From a virus (Duplodnaviria > Heunggongvirae > Uroviricota > Caudoviricetes): 6,188 bases of DNA. The translations under genes were made by a program, and so were the position numbers. The notes beneath the pieces were generated by a model. It was not told where the DNA came from. It worked only from the letters and a program-made list of their open reading frames with translations, and did not search any database. Every line of letters begins with the position of its first letter. Positions within the stretch are counted from its first letter, which is position 1. The stretch lies in IMG/VR virus record IMGVR_UViG_2537561709_000010; one strand, 5' to 3'. Positions 1 to 6,188 of the stretch are shown one piece after another.

Positions 1-261
1 GACCGCATCGACCGTCAGCGAAGGCGCACCGGCAAAGGTAGCGGCTATAGGCAACACCGTACCGTCATCCGGCATGTGGCACTCAATACGGATTTTCACT
101 GGCATAGCCAGGCCGATATCCAGCATGGAGCCTTTGATGATTCGGGCGACGTTATCACGGTATGCCTGCCCTTCTGCGCTGATGTGCGTGCGCCCGCGAT
201 TATGCCGGTAGTAGCGATTATTGCTCGGAGGCCAGGGTAATGTGATGCTGTAGGTATTCAC
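1..261 (-). CDS. rusA: RusA-like Holliday junction resolvase, N-terminal part (3' end beyond window); diverges from canonical RusA after about residue 66
   Basis: Hand translation of the reverse complement from GTG at 261..259: [87 protein letters not shown], open to the window edge. The first ~66 residues match RusA as I recall it. The GTG start overlaps the ybcO stop (GTGA). Not in the ORF track because it has no stop in the window. Confidence 0.6.
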   Translation of the reverse strand, partial: MNTYSITLPWPPSNNRYYRHNRGRTHISAEGQAYRDNVARIIKGSMLDIGLAMPVKIRIECHMPDDGTVLPIAATFAGAPSLTVDAV

Positions 262-548
262 GCCTTAATAACCCCCTCTTTCAGCCAGATAACCTGTGTT
301 CTCGCCATACCTTCCAGCGCGCATTCTTTTGCATATGCAGCATCGACAAAATGTGTGCGGCGGTCGATTTCGTCGTGGCAGGCAGAACATGCAATGGTGG
401 CAATCAAGTCTGGCGGTTTGGTACCGGTGCCGCACAATCCAGTCAGCCGGATATGTGCCAGTACAGACGTTTCAGGGTTGCCATTACATACGCCAGGGAT
501 TCTTACTTGGCATTCCCGACTACGCGCTGCTTTTCTCAAATCAGCCAT
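258..548 (-). CDS. ybcO: YbcO, DUF1364 family putative zinc-dependent nuclease (96 aa)
   Basis: Track ORF 258..587; from the internal Met the protein reads [62 protein letters not shown]..., matching DLP12 YbcO. I place the start at ATG 548..546 because a perfect AGGAGG lies 5 nt upstream on the coding strand (reverse complement of 551-558), whereas the track start at 587 is a TTG. Stop TGA at 260..258. Confidence 0.85.
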   Translation of the reverse strand: MADLRKAARSRECQVRIPGVCNGNPETSVLAHIRLTGLCGTGTKPPDLIATIACSACHDEIDRRTHFVDAAYAKECALEGMARTQVIWLKEGVIKA

Positions 549-711
549 GATTCCTCCTTGCTGCCAGTCGCAACCATTTTTTATCAACCAGGCTGGCGGT
601 ATATCCGAGCAGTGTTGGTATTTCGGATGGCTTCAGCTCAGGCTTACGCTTACGACGATTTGATACTCTGTAGATGTGTCCGTTCATGACACGAATAAGC
701 GGTGTAGCCAT
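541..711 (-). CDS. ninE: NinE (56 aa)
   Basis: Not in the ORF track (too short). Hand translation from ATG 711..709: [56 protein letters not shown], stop TGA 543..541, matching NinE of lambda/DLP12. The start shares one nucleotide with the ybcN stop (TAATG) and the 3' end overlaps the ybcO start (ATGGCTGA). Confidence 0.8.
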   Translation of the reverse strand: MATPLIRVMNGHIYRVSNRRKRKPELKPSEIPTLLGYTASLVDKKWLRLAARRNHG

Positions 712-1166
712 TACGCCTCCTGCTTGTCACGCAGCAGCTGGAACTCGCAGCTCTGCGGAATAGTCAGGTGGCAGCCAATATTCATCGCCCAGGCTTCAAC
801 CTTACACAGGAAGACATACATCTCTCCGGTATCAAGATCGGAGGTATGGCGTAACGACTGGATAGTGGTGATATCACCGGTTACGACATCAACCAGGTCT
901 TTGGTTTCATAACCGAGATATGTGTGTTTGAGAGCATCTTTTACCCAAGCTGGAGTGGCGAACGTTTTACCCCTGCTGATGAGGTATTCACTGATTTCGC
1001 TGTACCACATGTGGCTGAGTGCATTCTGGGAAAGACTGCGTTTCTCACGCCACGGTTTAAGCACCATGCGAAAGCATTTGCCCTCCTCCAGATAAGGCTG
1101 GATCTGCCGACCGATAGCGGTGAAGTTGCCGCGATGTAATTTGATGCCGTCTTGTGAGAGGTTCAC
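711..1166 (-). CDS. ybcN: YbcN, lambdoid nin-region protein reported as a DNA base-flipping protein (151 aa)
   Basis: Track ORF 711..1166: [32 protein letters not shown]... matches DLP12 YbcN as I recall it. The start codon is GTG (reverse complement of 1164-1166) with GGAGGTGA 3 nt upstream. Stop TAA at 713..711. Confidence 0.88.
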
Positions 1167-1264
1167 GCTTCACCTCCGCAGAGGTCAAACGCTAGATGCA
1201 AAGAATTGCAGGTGCATTTCTGCATCTGTGAAGGGAGAAGAGAGTTTGGATTGTATGTGCGCAT
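1163..1264 (-). CDS. ylcH: Small ORF (33 aa), likely YlcH-like
   Basis: Hand translation from ATG 1264..1262: [33 protein letters not shown], stop TGA 1165..1163 overlapping the ybcN GTG start (GTGA). Position and length agree with the 33-aa ylcH between ybcM and ybcN in DLP12; I cannot recall the reference sequence to confirm. Only a weak SD (GGGGA). Confidence 0.45.
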
Positions 1265-1287
1265 AAACGTCCCCGTTTAGCGCAGAA

Positions 1288-1316
1288 GTCACCGGAGTTG
1301 TTCAGGCTCCGGTGAC
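1288..1316 (-). terminator. Perfect 10-bp inverted repeat (GTCACCGGAG / CTCCGGTGAC, 9-nt loop); candidate terminator or regulatory hairpin downstream of ybcM
   Basis: Seen directly: 1288-1297 gtcaccggag, 1307-1316 ctccggtgac. It lies about 65 nt downstream of the ybcM stop and upstream of ylcH. On the minus-strand transcript the stem is followed by UUCUGCGC, which is not a clean U-tract, so terminator function is uncertain. Confidence 0.3.
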
Positions 1317-1380
1317 ATAATTATGCCGTGTTGATTTCCCAAAATCAAAATCGATAGAATTGCTCCTTCTTAAAACACTT

Positions 1381-2178
1381 TTACTCTCTGGAAGCTTTTC
1401 TTATCTCTCTTGGTGTTATATTAAAACGATTATGAAATCTTTCAGTAAAACGCGAAGGACACTTATAACCATTTTCTCTGGCAATCTCGCTTATAGGTTT
1501 TACCGTCGTTTGTATAGCAGACAACGCATTATTTAACCTCACATCGTCCAGTATACTTTGGAAACTTACCCCCTCGCTTGCTAGACGGCGATGTAATGTA
1601 GAAACAGAAATGTAGAGATATCGAGCAACCTTGTTTGCTGTCCATTTTGTGCCGGGTTCGGATAGCAGCAGGTTATAACAACGACTTATCAATGATTGTT
1701 TACTATATGATAAAAGTAAATGATTAACATGATTCACTCCTAACGAAAGTAGAACGCCCATTGCTAAGTGCTCCTGAATTTTAGTTGAGAAGCCTCGGGA
1801 AACAGATGTTTTTAGTTGCTCCCAACAATATATTAACTCAGGATTCTGAGGTAAAAAGAAACTTGTTTTGTTACGTATTTGATCAGTTACCGTATAAAGC
1901 TTTTGGAAACTCTCAATTAAATCAATGGGTAAGTAAAGCATTTCTGCAAGATAAAGCCCTGCTTCAGGATAATTCTCAATATAAAATTCATAACCACAAG
2001 GAAATAATATTATTTGATTATTATCAACAGTTAAAGTATGCGTCTCCCAATTGATAACTTTCTTTCCCTGACGGATACGACACAAAGCTGGCATAAGAGG
2101 CTTAACCCTATGAATCTCATGATGTTTATGCATCCGTATTTCTTCGATCTTTAAGTTAGTCTTACCTCTTGCCAGCAT
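1381..2178 (-). CDS. ybcM: AraC/XylS-family transcriptional regulator YbcM (265 aa)
   Basis: Track ORF 1381..2178. C-terminal helix-turn-helix region typical of AraC family (…[42 protein letters not shown]…[33 protein letters not shown]). ATG at 2178..2176, only 9 nt after the ybcL stop (TAG at 2190..2188). Confidence 0.88.
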
Positions 2179-2187
2179 ACTCTCACC

Positions 2188-2739
2188 CTACTTTATCTCA
2201 TAAACTGGTGTTATCTCAGCGGTTGCGATTTTATTAGCATTAAGCATATAACCAACTAACGCTCCGCTGGAGTTAGAATCTACAGGAATCTTTTCAGTTT
2301 TTAGAGCCCATACTTTAAACTGGTAATGATGTGGTTTATCTCCTTTAGGAGGACATGCGCCACCAAACCCAGCATAGCCAAAATCATTTCGGCCTTGAAC
2401 AGCACCAGTCGGCAGTTTTGTTCCATCACGTCTCCCTGCATCAACGGGCAAATATGTTACTGTTGCTGGAATATTAACAACAGTCCAATGCCACCAACCA
2501 CTGCCTGTAGGTGCATCTGGATCATATACAGTTACGGCAAAGCTTTTGGTACCTTCAGGAACACCAGACCAGGTTAATGAGGGCGATGTATTACCACCTT
2601 CACACCCAAATCCAGAAAAGACATGAGACGTTGTAAGTTGCTCTCCTGTTTTTATTTCATTACTAGCGACCTGAAATGCTGCAGCCTGCGCAGAAAATGT
2701 TATGAATGCCAATACAGTTGAAACGATAAGTGTTTTCAT
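2188..2739 (-). CDS. ybcL: YbcL, PEBP/RKIP (UPF0098) family protein with N-terminal signal peptide (183 aa)
   Basis: Track ORF 2188..2739. N-terminus MKTLIVSTVLAFITFSAQAAAFQ is a typical Sec signal peptide with an AQA-A cleavage motif. The rest matches DLP12 YbcL as I recall it. SD AGAGG lies 5 nt upstream of ATG 2739..2737. Confidence 0.88.
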   Translation of the reverse strand: MKTLIVSTVLAFITFSAQAAAFQVASNEIKTGEQLTTSHVFSGFGCEGGNTSPSLTWSGVPEGTKSFAVTVYDPDAPTGSGWWHWTVVNIPATVTYLPVDAGRRDGTKLPTGAVQGRNDFGYAGFGGACPPKGDKPHHYQFKVWALKTEKIPVDSNSSGALVGYMLNANKIATAEITPVYEIK

Positions 2740-2955
2740 AAAAACCTCTTTGTTATGACCTATCGTTATTTTATTTGATATTCCTTTATCTCATTATGCA
2801 TAAAGGCGCAATGTTCATGCAAAAGCAATCACAATTGTACCCCCAACCCAATTATTTGCCACAATATACACAAAGCACATTGATACTATCTAAAAACTCT
2901 GCTTTATTATTAGTAATACCTACGAAAGTCGGTGTTATTTTTTAACCTACCATTC

Positions 2956-3005
2956 AAAATACGTGACATACACCATTTTGCTCATAATAATTTGTCACGT
3001 ATTTT
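2956..3005. repeat. 50-bp dyad element: perfect 13-bp inverted arms (AAAATACGTGACA / TGTCACGTATTTT) around a 24-bp spacer
   Basis: Seen directly: 2956-2968 aaaatacgtgaca and 2993-3005 tgtcacgtatttt are exact reverse complements. Each arm carries an A4/T4 tract on its outer side, the arrangement of a bidirectional intrinsic terminator, but the spacer is long for a loop. About 200 bp downstream of the ybcK stop and 215 bp upstream of the ybcL start. Confidence 0.4.
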
Positions 3006-3203
3006 CAGTATTTGAATCTGCGACCAAGAGTTCTCACCTAACAAATGATTAAGATTGTATAGCTCATTTACTACCCCAATACAGCCGTACAAAACTCGCT
3101 TGTGGGAGCAAACAAAGTAATTACCCATTAAGTTTCGTTAAAGATAATTAATTCTGTCTTGCACTTTATCATCATAGCATAACTTAAAATCCGAGATCAT
3201 TAT

Positions 3204-4731
3204 TTAGAAATAAATCTCACCATCAACCATATATTTGAGAGCACTTATCGCCTGCTGGGCAGATATTACTTTCATTAAAGGATAGTGTTTAAAAACAATG
3301 CCATTCATAAAATAGATATCACAGGTTTTATTATCCGTATTAATTATGATTTTTTCGAATGTTTTATAGGCAAGTGTACGGCATAACTCTCGTCCATTTT
3401 TACTGGTTAAGTCAATAGCATAAAAATCACTGAATGAATTTACACCTTTACTCTTCAAAGTTTTCAATGATACCGAAGCCCTTCGTAATTCCTTATCTAA
3501 TAGTCTTATTTTCTCTGCTATAGCGGTAACTTCAGGCGCGACAGACAATGCAACGATTAAATTATTAATTTTCATCTGAAGCTCAATAATTTTTAACTCT
3601 AAAGTTTCATTAGCATCTTTCTTGTTTTCAACTGGTTGAATTTTGCTACAATTAAAAAGCAATTCATTAATGATATTATAATCAACCAAATCTCTCTTTA
3701 TTGATGGCCTGTCACATCGATGTAATCTTCTCATCGGACAAACATAATAGCCATGCAAACTTCCAGATACCGCATGAACAATCATGGTATTACCACAAGC
3801 CTCACACTTCATAACTGTTCGAAGTAGATTTATTAGCATAGGATTCTTGCTACTATTGCTAATACCAAAAGGTGCCAACCGAATTTCCTGTACAGCGTAA
3901 AACAAATCATCTGATATGACTCTGGGATAATAGCCAGCGATTTCACTTATCCCTTTCCCTCTTGCACGATATGAAGGTACGCATATACCTATCAGAGCTT
4001 TATTCGCTAATAATTTTTCAATTACAGAAGGCCCCCATGCACTTTTCTTTTCCTGAGAAATTCTTTACAGCATGATCATTTAAATACTTGGCTATTGCAT
4101 TCAATGAGCGCCTTTCCATCCTGAGTTTAAAAATTAGCTCAATAGTTTTCACCCTGTCGGGGTCTGGAACAAAAGCCGTTCTTTTGTCATCTAAGGAGAG
4201 CCATCTCGGACAAGACGCCGTCATAATCGTACCTGATTCCAGTGCATCCTGCCGTTTTTTCTTCCATGATAATTTAACCCGACTTGACTTTATCTCGCTT
4301 TCTTCATTTGCCCTTTGTGCTATAAGTATGGCTTTTATTAATGAATATGGCTCATTCAAAGAGTCAATATTATAGACTGTATTGTCGCAAAGAGTTATAA
4401 CATCAATACCGTGATTCAAAATCAATTTCAGACGTTCAATCGCTTCACCGACTTTTTCTCTTGAAAGTCTGTCCAGACTTTCAACTAACAATGTAGTTCC
4501 TGGCAATATATAACCATGCTCTATAGCATCTAAAAATTCCGAAAAAGCTCCTGATTGTGCATGCTTTCCTTTGAATGCACTTAATCCTAAATCTTCATAT
4601 GTTATGGTATCAAGATAATAATCACTATTTACCTTTAACCATTCAGCAATAAGTCTTCTCTGTCGGTTTAATGAGTCGCCAGACATCTGACCTGGTGATG
4701 AAAATCGCATATATGCTATGGCTTTTTTCAT
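3204..4731 (-). pseudogene. ybcK: Large serine recombinase (ybcK-like), interrupted by a +1 frameshift in this sequence
   Basis: Two same-strand ORFs: 4018..4731 carries the resolvase catalytic domain (YMRFSSPGQ with the presumed catalytic Ser; ESLDRLSR motif), and 3204..3905 carries a zinc-ribbon (CEACGNTM…HGYYVCPMRRLHRC) and coiled-coil region. The downstream frame stays open upstream to 4067, so both frames are open across 4018-4067. Total span is 1528 nt (3x509+1), consistent with a 508-aa protein carrying one extra nucleotide. Confidence 0.7.
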
Positions 4732-4975
4732 GGTGACACCTGCTAACTTATGCTTTTATAAACCTTAGTGGTGAGATATAATTTTTGTTTAATTTTTATT
4801 TAAAAAGACAATTACGATCACACTATCTTGAATATACAACAATAATCGTATTGCAATTTGCTTACGCAATAATCTTGAAGGCACAAAAGAATACACAAAA
4901 ACTAAAAACATTAACAAAAGCGGCCCATGTAAAGATATGAACCGCCATATTGCAGTCTTTTAAAAGAAATTATTT

Positions 4976-5308
4976 TTAATGTGGTGTGCTTCGTGACAAT
5001 AAATTAATAACCAACACACCGGCACAAATCAACATCATGCCTATAACGGCTGGCAGGTCCAGCCGTTGGCCGAAAAACCCCCATGATAGTAAGCTAATCA
5101 GGACAATACCGACTCCTGACCAGATAGCATAAGCAATCCCTGTAGGAATATAAGCCAGCGTCTGAGCTAATAACCAGAATGATGCACAATAACAAATAAT
5201 TGTACCAACAGATGGCCATAACCGTGTAAAACCTTCTGAAAACTTCATTAAGGTTGTACCAATGACCTCTGCAAGTATTGCACCACCAAGATAAATATAA
5301 GGGTTCAT
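4976..5308 (-). CDS. emrE: EmrE, small multidrug resistance (SMR) family efflux transporter (110 aa)
   Basis: Track ORF 4976..5362; from the internal ATG 5308..5306 the protein reads MNPYIYLGGAILAEVIGTTLMKFSEGFTRLWPSVGTIICYCASFWLLAQTLAYIPTGIAYAIWSGVGIVLISLLSWGFFGQRLDLPAVIGMMLICAGVLVINLLSRSTPH, matching EmrE including the conserved membrane-embedded Glu (KFSEGF). The 18 extra N-terminal codons in the track are not part of the known protein. Confidence 0.9.
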   Translation of the reverse strand: MNPYIYLGGAILAEVIGTTLMKFSEGFTRLWPSVGTIICYCASFWLLAQTLAYIPTGIAYAIWSGVGIVLISLLSWGFFGQRLDLPAVIGMMLICAGVLVINLLSRSTPH

Positions 5309-5323
5309 AACATATTCTTTCCT

Positions 5324-5358
5324 GTTCAAACTGGAGAGAATTGTACTACAGTTTGAAC
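5324..5358 (-). promoter_or_regulatory. Perfect 10-bp inverted repeat (GTTCAAACTG / CAGTTTGAAC, 15-nt loop) in the ren–emrE spacer, just upstream of the emrE ribosome-binding site
   Basis: Seen directly: 5324-5333 gttcaaactg, 5349-5358 cagtttgaac. On the minus-strand transcript the hairpin is followed directly by AGGAAAG and, about 10 nt on, the emrE ATG (5308). No U-tract follows, so it is not a canonical intrinsic terminator. Confidence 0.3.
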
Positions 5359-5375
5359 TCAACTCACCTGTTTCA

Positions 5376-5678
5376 TCATTGTGTACCCATTGATGTTCTT
5401 TTATATACCCTCAATACCCGTTTCATCGCGGCACTCTGGCGACACTCCTTAAAAATCAGATTCGTGCTCACCTTTCCTTCCCGTTCTTCTCTGGTAGCGA
5501 ACCGGTAATACACCGTTCGCCAGACCTTACCATCAACGACCAGGATTCCTGCCCGCGCCATTTTAGCCGCAGCCTGATTTATGCTGGTTACGGTTGCGCC
5601 TGTTACCGCGGCAACGTCCTGTGCACAGAAGCTCTTATGCGTCCCCAGGTAATGAATAATTGCCTCTTTGCCCGTCAT
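5376..5678 (-). CDS. ren: Ren protein, lambda ren homolog (100 aa)
   Basis: Track ORF 5376..5678: MTGKEAIIHYLGTHKSFCAQDVAAVTGATVTSINQAAAKMARAGILVVDGKVWRTVYYRFATREEREGKVSTNLIFKECRQSAAMKRVL… is near-identical to lambda Ren over about 90 residues, with a different C-terminal tail. ATG at 5678..5676 overlaps the P stop (ATGA). Confidence 0.85.
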   Translation of the reverse strand: MTGKEAIIHYLGTHKSFCAQDVAAVTGATVTSINQAAAKMARAGILVVDGKVWRTVYYRFATREEREGKVSTNLIFKECRQSAAMKRVLRVYKRTSMGTQ

Positions 5679-6188
5679 ACACTTGCTCCTTTCAGTCCGA
5701 ACTTAGCTTTAATTTCTGCGATCTTCGCCAGAGCCTGTGCACGATTTAGAGGTCTACCGCCCATAACAGGAAGTTGTTTTACTGGTTCAGGTATCGTCTC
5801 ACCACGGTTAATTCGCGCTGTCATACAGGTCAGTTCATCGGCAGCCTTGCGCCGTAATTCCGCGTCAGTCAGCGCATTGGCCCGCATGTTCTGGTACAAG
5901 TTGGTAACCAACCAGTAATGCGCGTTCGATTTCCACGGATAAGACTCTGCATCCGGATACAGGCCACGCTTCCGGCAATACTCGTAAACCATATCAACCA
6001 GCTCGCTGACGTTTGGCAGTCCGGCGATAACGGATGCTTCTTCCCGGCACCATGCAACAAACTGCCCGGGTGATGGCAGGAATGGTCGATTCTGCCGACG
6101 GGCTACGCGCATTCCTGCGTTAACCTGTTCCATTGTGGTGATCCCGTTTTCCCGGAAAGCCAGAACCCACTGGCGGCGGATTTCGTTC
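5675..6188 (-). CDS. P: Replication protein P, lambda P homolog, C-terminal part (5' end beyond window)
   Basis: Track ORF 5675..6133 (MEQVNAGMRVARRQNRPFLPSPGQFVAWCREEAS…KAKFGLKGASV) matches the C-terminal ~150 aa of lambda P. The frame stays open upstream to the window edge; hand translation of 6134-6187 gives NEIRRQWVLAFRENGITT, which also matches lambda P. Stop TGA at 5677..5675. Confidence 0.85.
   Translation of the reverse strand, partial: NEIRRQWVLAFRENGITTMEQVNAGMRVARRQNRPFLPSPGQFVAWCREEASVIAGLPNVSELVDMVYEYCRKRGLYPDAESYPWKSNAHYWLVTNLYQNMRANALTDAELRRKAADELTCMTARINRGETIPEPVKQLPVMGGRPLNRAQALAKIAEIKAKFGLKGASV

Larger units (their letters stand above)
1..6188. mobile_element. Segment of a lambdoid cryptic prophage (DLP12-like): replication module, cargo block and nin region
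   Basis: Gene order P-ren-[emrE-ybcK-ybcL-ybcM]-ylcH-ybcN-ninE-ybcO-rusA, all on one strand, with overlapping start/stop codons typical of phage operons. P and Ren translations match phage lambda P and Ren as I recall them. No integrase or att site is in the window, so the prophage boundaries cannot be placed. Confidence 0.8.

Noticed and set aside
1-240. Plus-strand open frame from the window start to TAA at 238-240
   Set aside because: Antisense to rusA, no recognisable protein features, and no start context in the window.
549-587. N-terminal extension of ybcO to the TTG at 587
   Set aside because: The internal ATG at 548 has a perfect AGGAGG 5 nt upstream and gives the known 96-aa protein. 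The extension would lie entirely inside ninE.
296-1139. Plus-strand track ORFs 296..550, 351..689, 355..663, 676..912 and 924..1139
   Set aside because: All lie antisense to ybcO, ninE and ybcN, which have clear identity on the minus strand. Their translations have no recognisable features. They are open frames of the kind that arise opposite real genes.
1785-2577. Plus-strand track ORFs 1785..2054 and 2326..2577
   Set aside because: Antisense to ybcM and ybcL respectively. Low-complexity translations with no supporting start signals.
2985-3128. 47-codon minus-strand ORF (MGNYFVCSHKRVLYGC…) in the ybcK–ybcL intergenic region
   Set aside because: No Shine-Dalgarno upstream, it runs through one arm of the 2956-3005 dyad, and it is in AT-rich sequence where such ORFs arise by chance. 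Unsupported without expression or conservation data.
4088-4375. Plus-strand track ORF 4088..4375
   Set aside because: Antisense to the serine recombinase catalytic-domain ORF, with no independent support.
5309-5362. N-terminal extension of emrE to 5362 (the 128-aa track ORF)
   Set aside because: Known EmrE starts at MNPYIYL (110 aa). The extension runs through the leader hairpin and has no better start context.
5637-6060. Track ORFs 5637..5918 (+) and 5869..6060 (-)
   Set aside because: Both overlap the P coding region, one antisense and one in an alternative frame. P is clearly identified, so these are spurious.
1-6188. CRISPR arrays, tRNA/rRNA genes and IS/transposase sequences
   Set aside because: I found no regularly spaced direct repeats, no tRNA-like cloverleaf candidates and no transposase-like ORF. 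The only substantial repeats are the three inverted repeats reported above.

Overview
The whole window reads as one piece of a lambdoid cryptic prophage closely resembling E. coli DLP12, with every gene on the minus strand. Reading in the direction of transcription (high to low coordinates): the C-terminal part of replication protein P (start lies beyond the window), ren, emrE, a frameshifted large serine recombinase (ybcK-like), ybcL (PEBP family, signal peptide), ybcM (AraC family), a 33-codon ylcH-like ORF, ybcN, ninE, ybcO, and the 5' part of rusA. Gene identities come from my recollection of lambda and DLP12 proteins matched against the supplied translations and my own hand translations; no database search was possible. 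The ybcK–ybcL–ybcM block is conspicuously AT-rich compared with the flanking phage genes, so it looks like horizontally acquired cargo. I found no tRNA, rRNA, CRISPR array or IS element, and nothing that I can defend as a genuinely undescribed system. The points most worth a second look are the frameshift in the recombinase, three perfect inverted repeats at or inside the cargo block, and a rusA reading frame that departs from the canonical catalytic motif.
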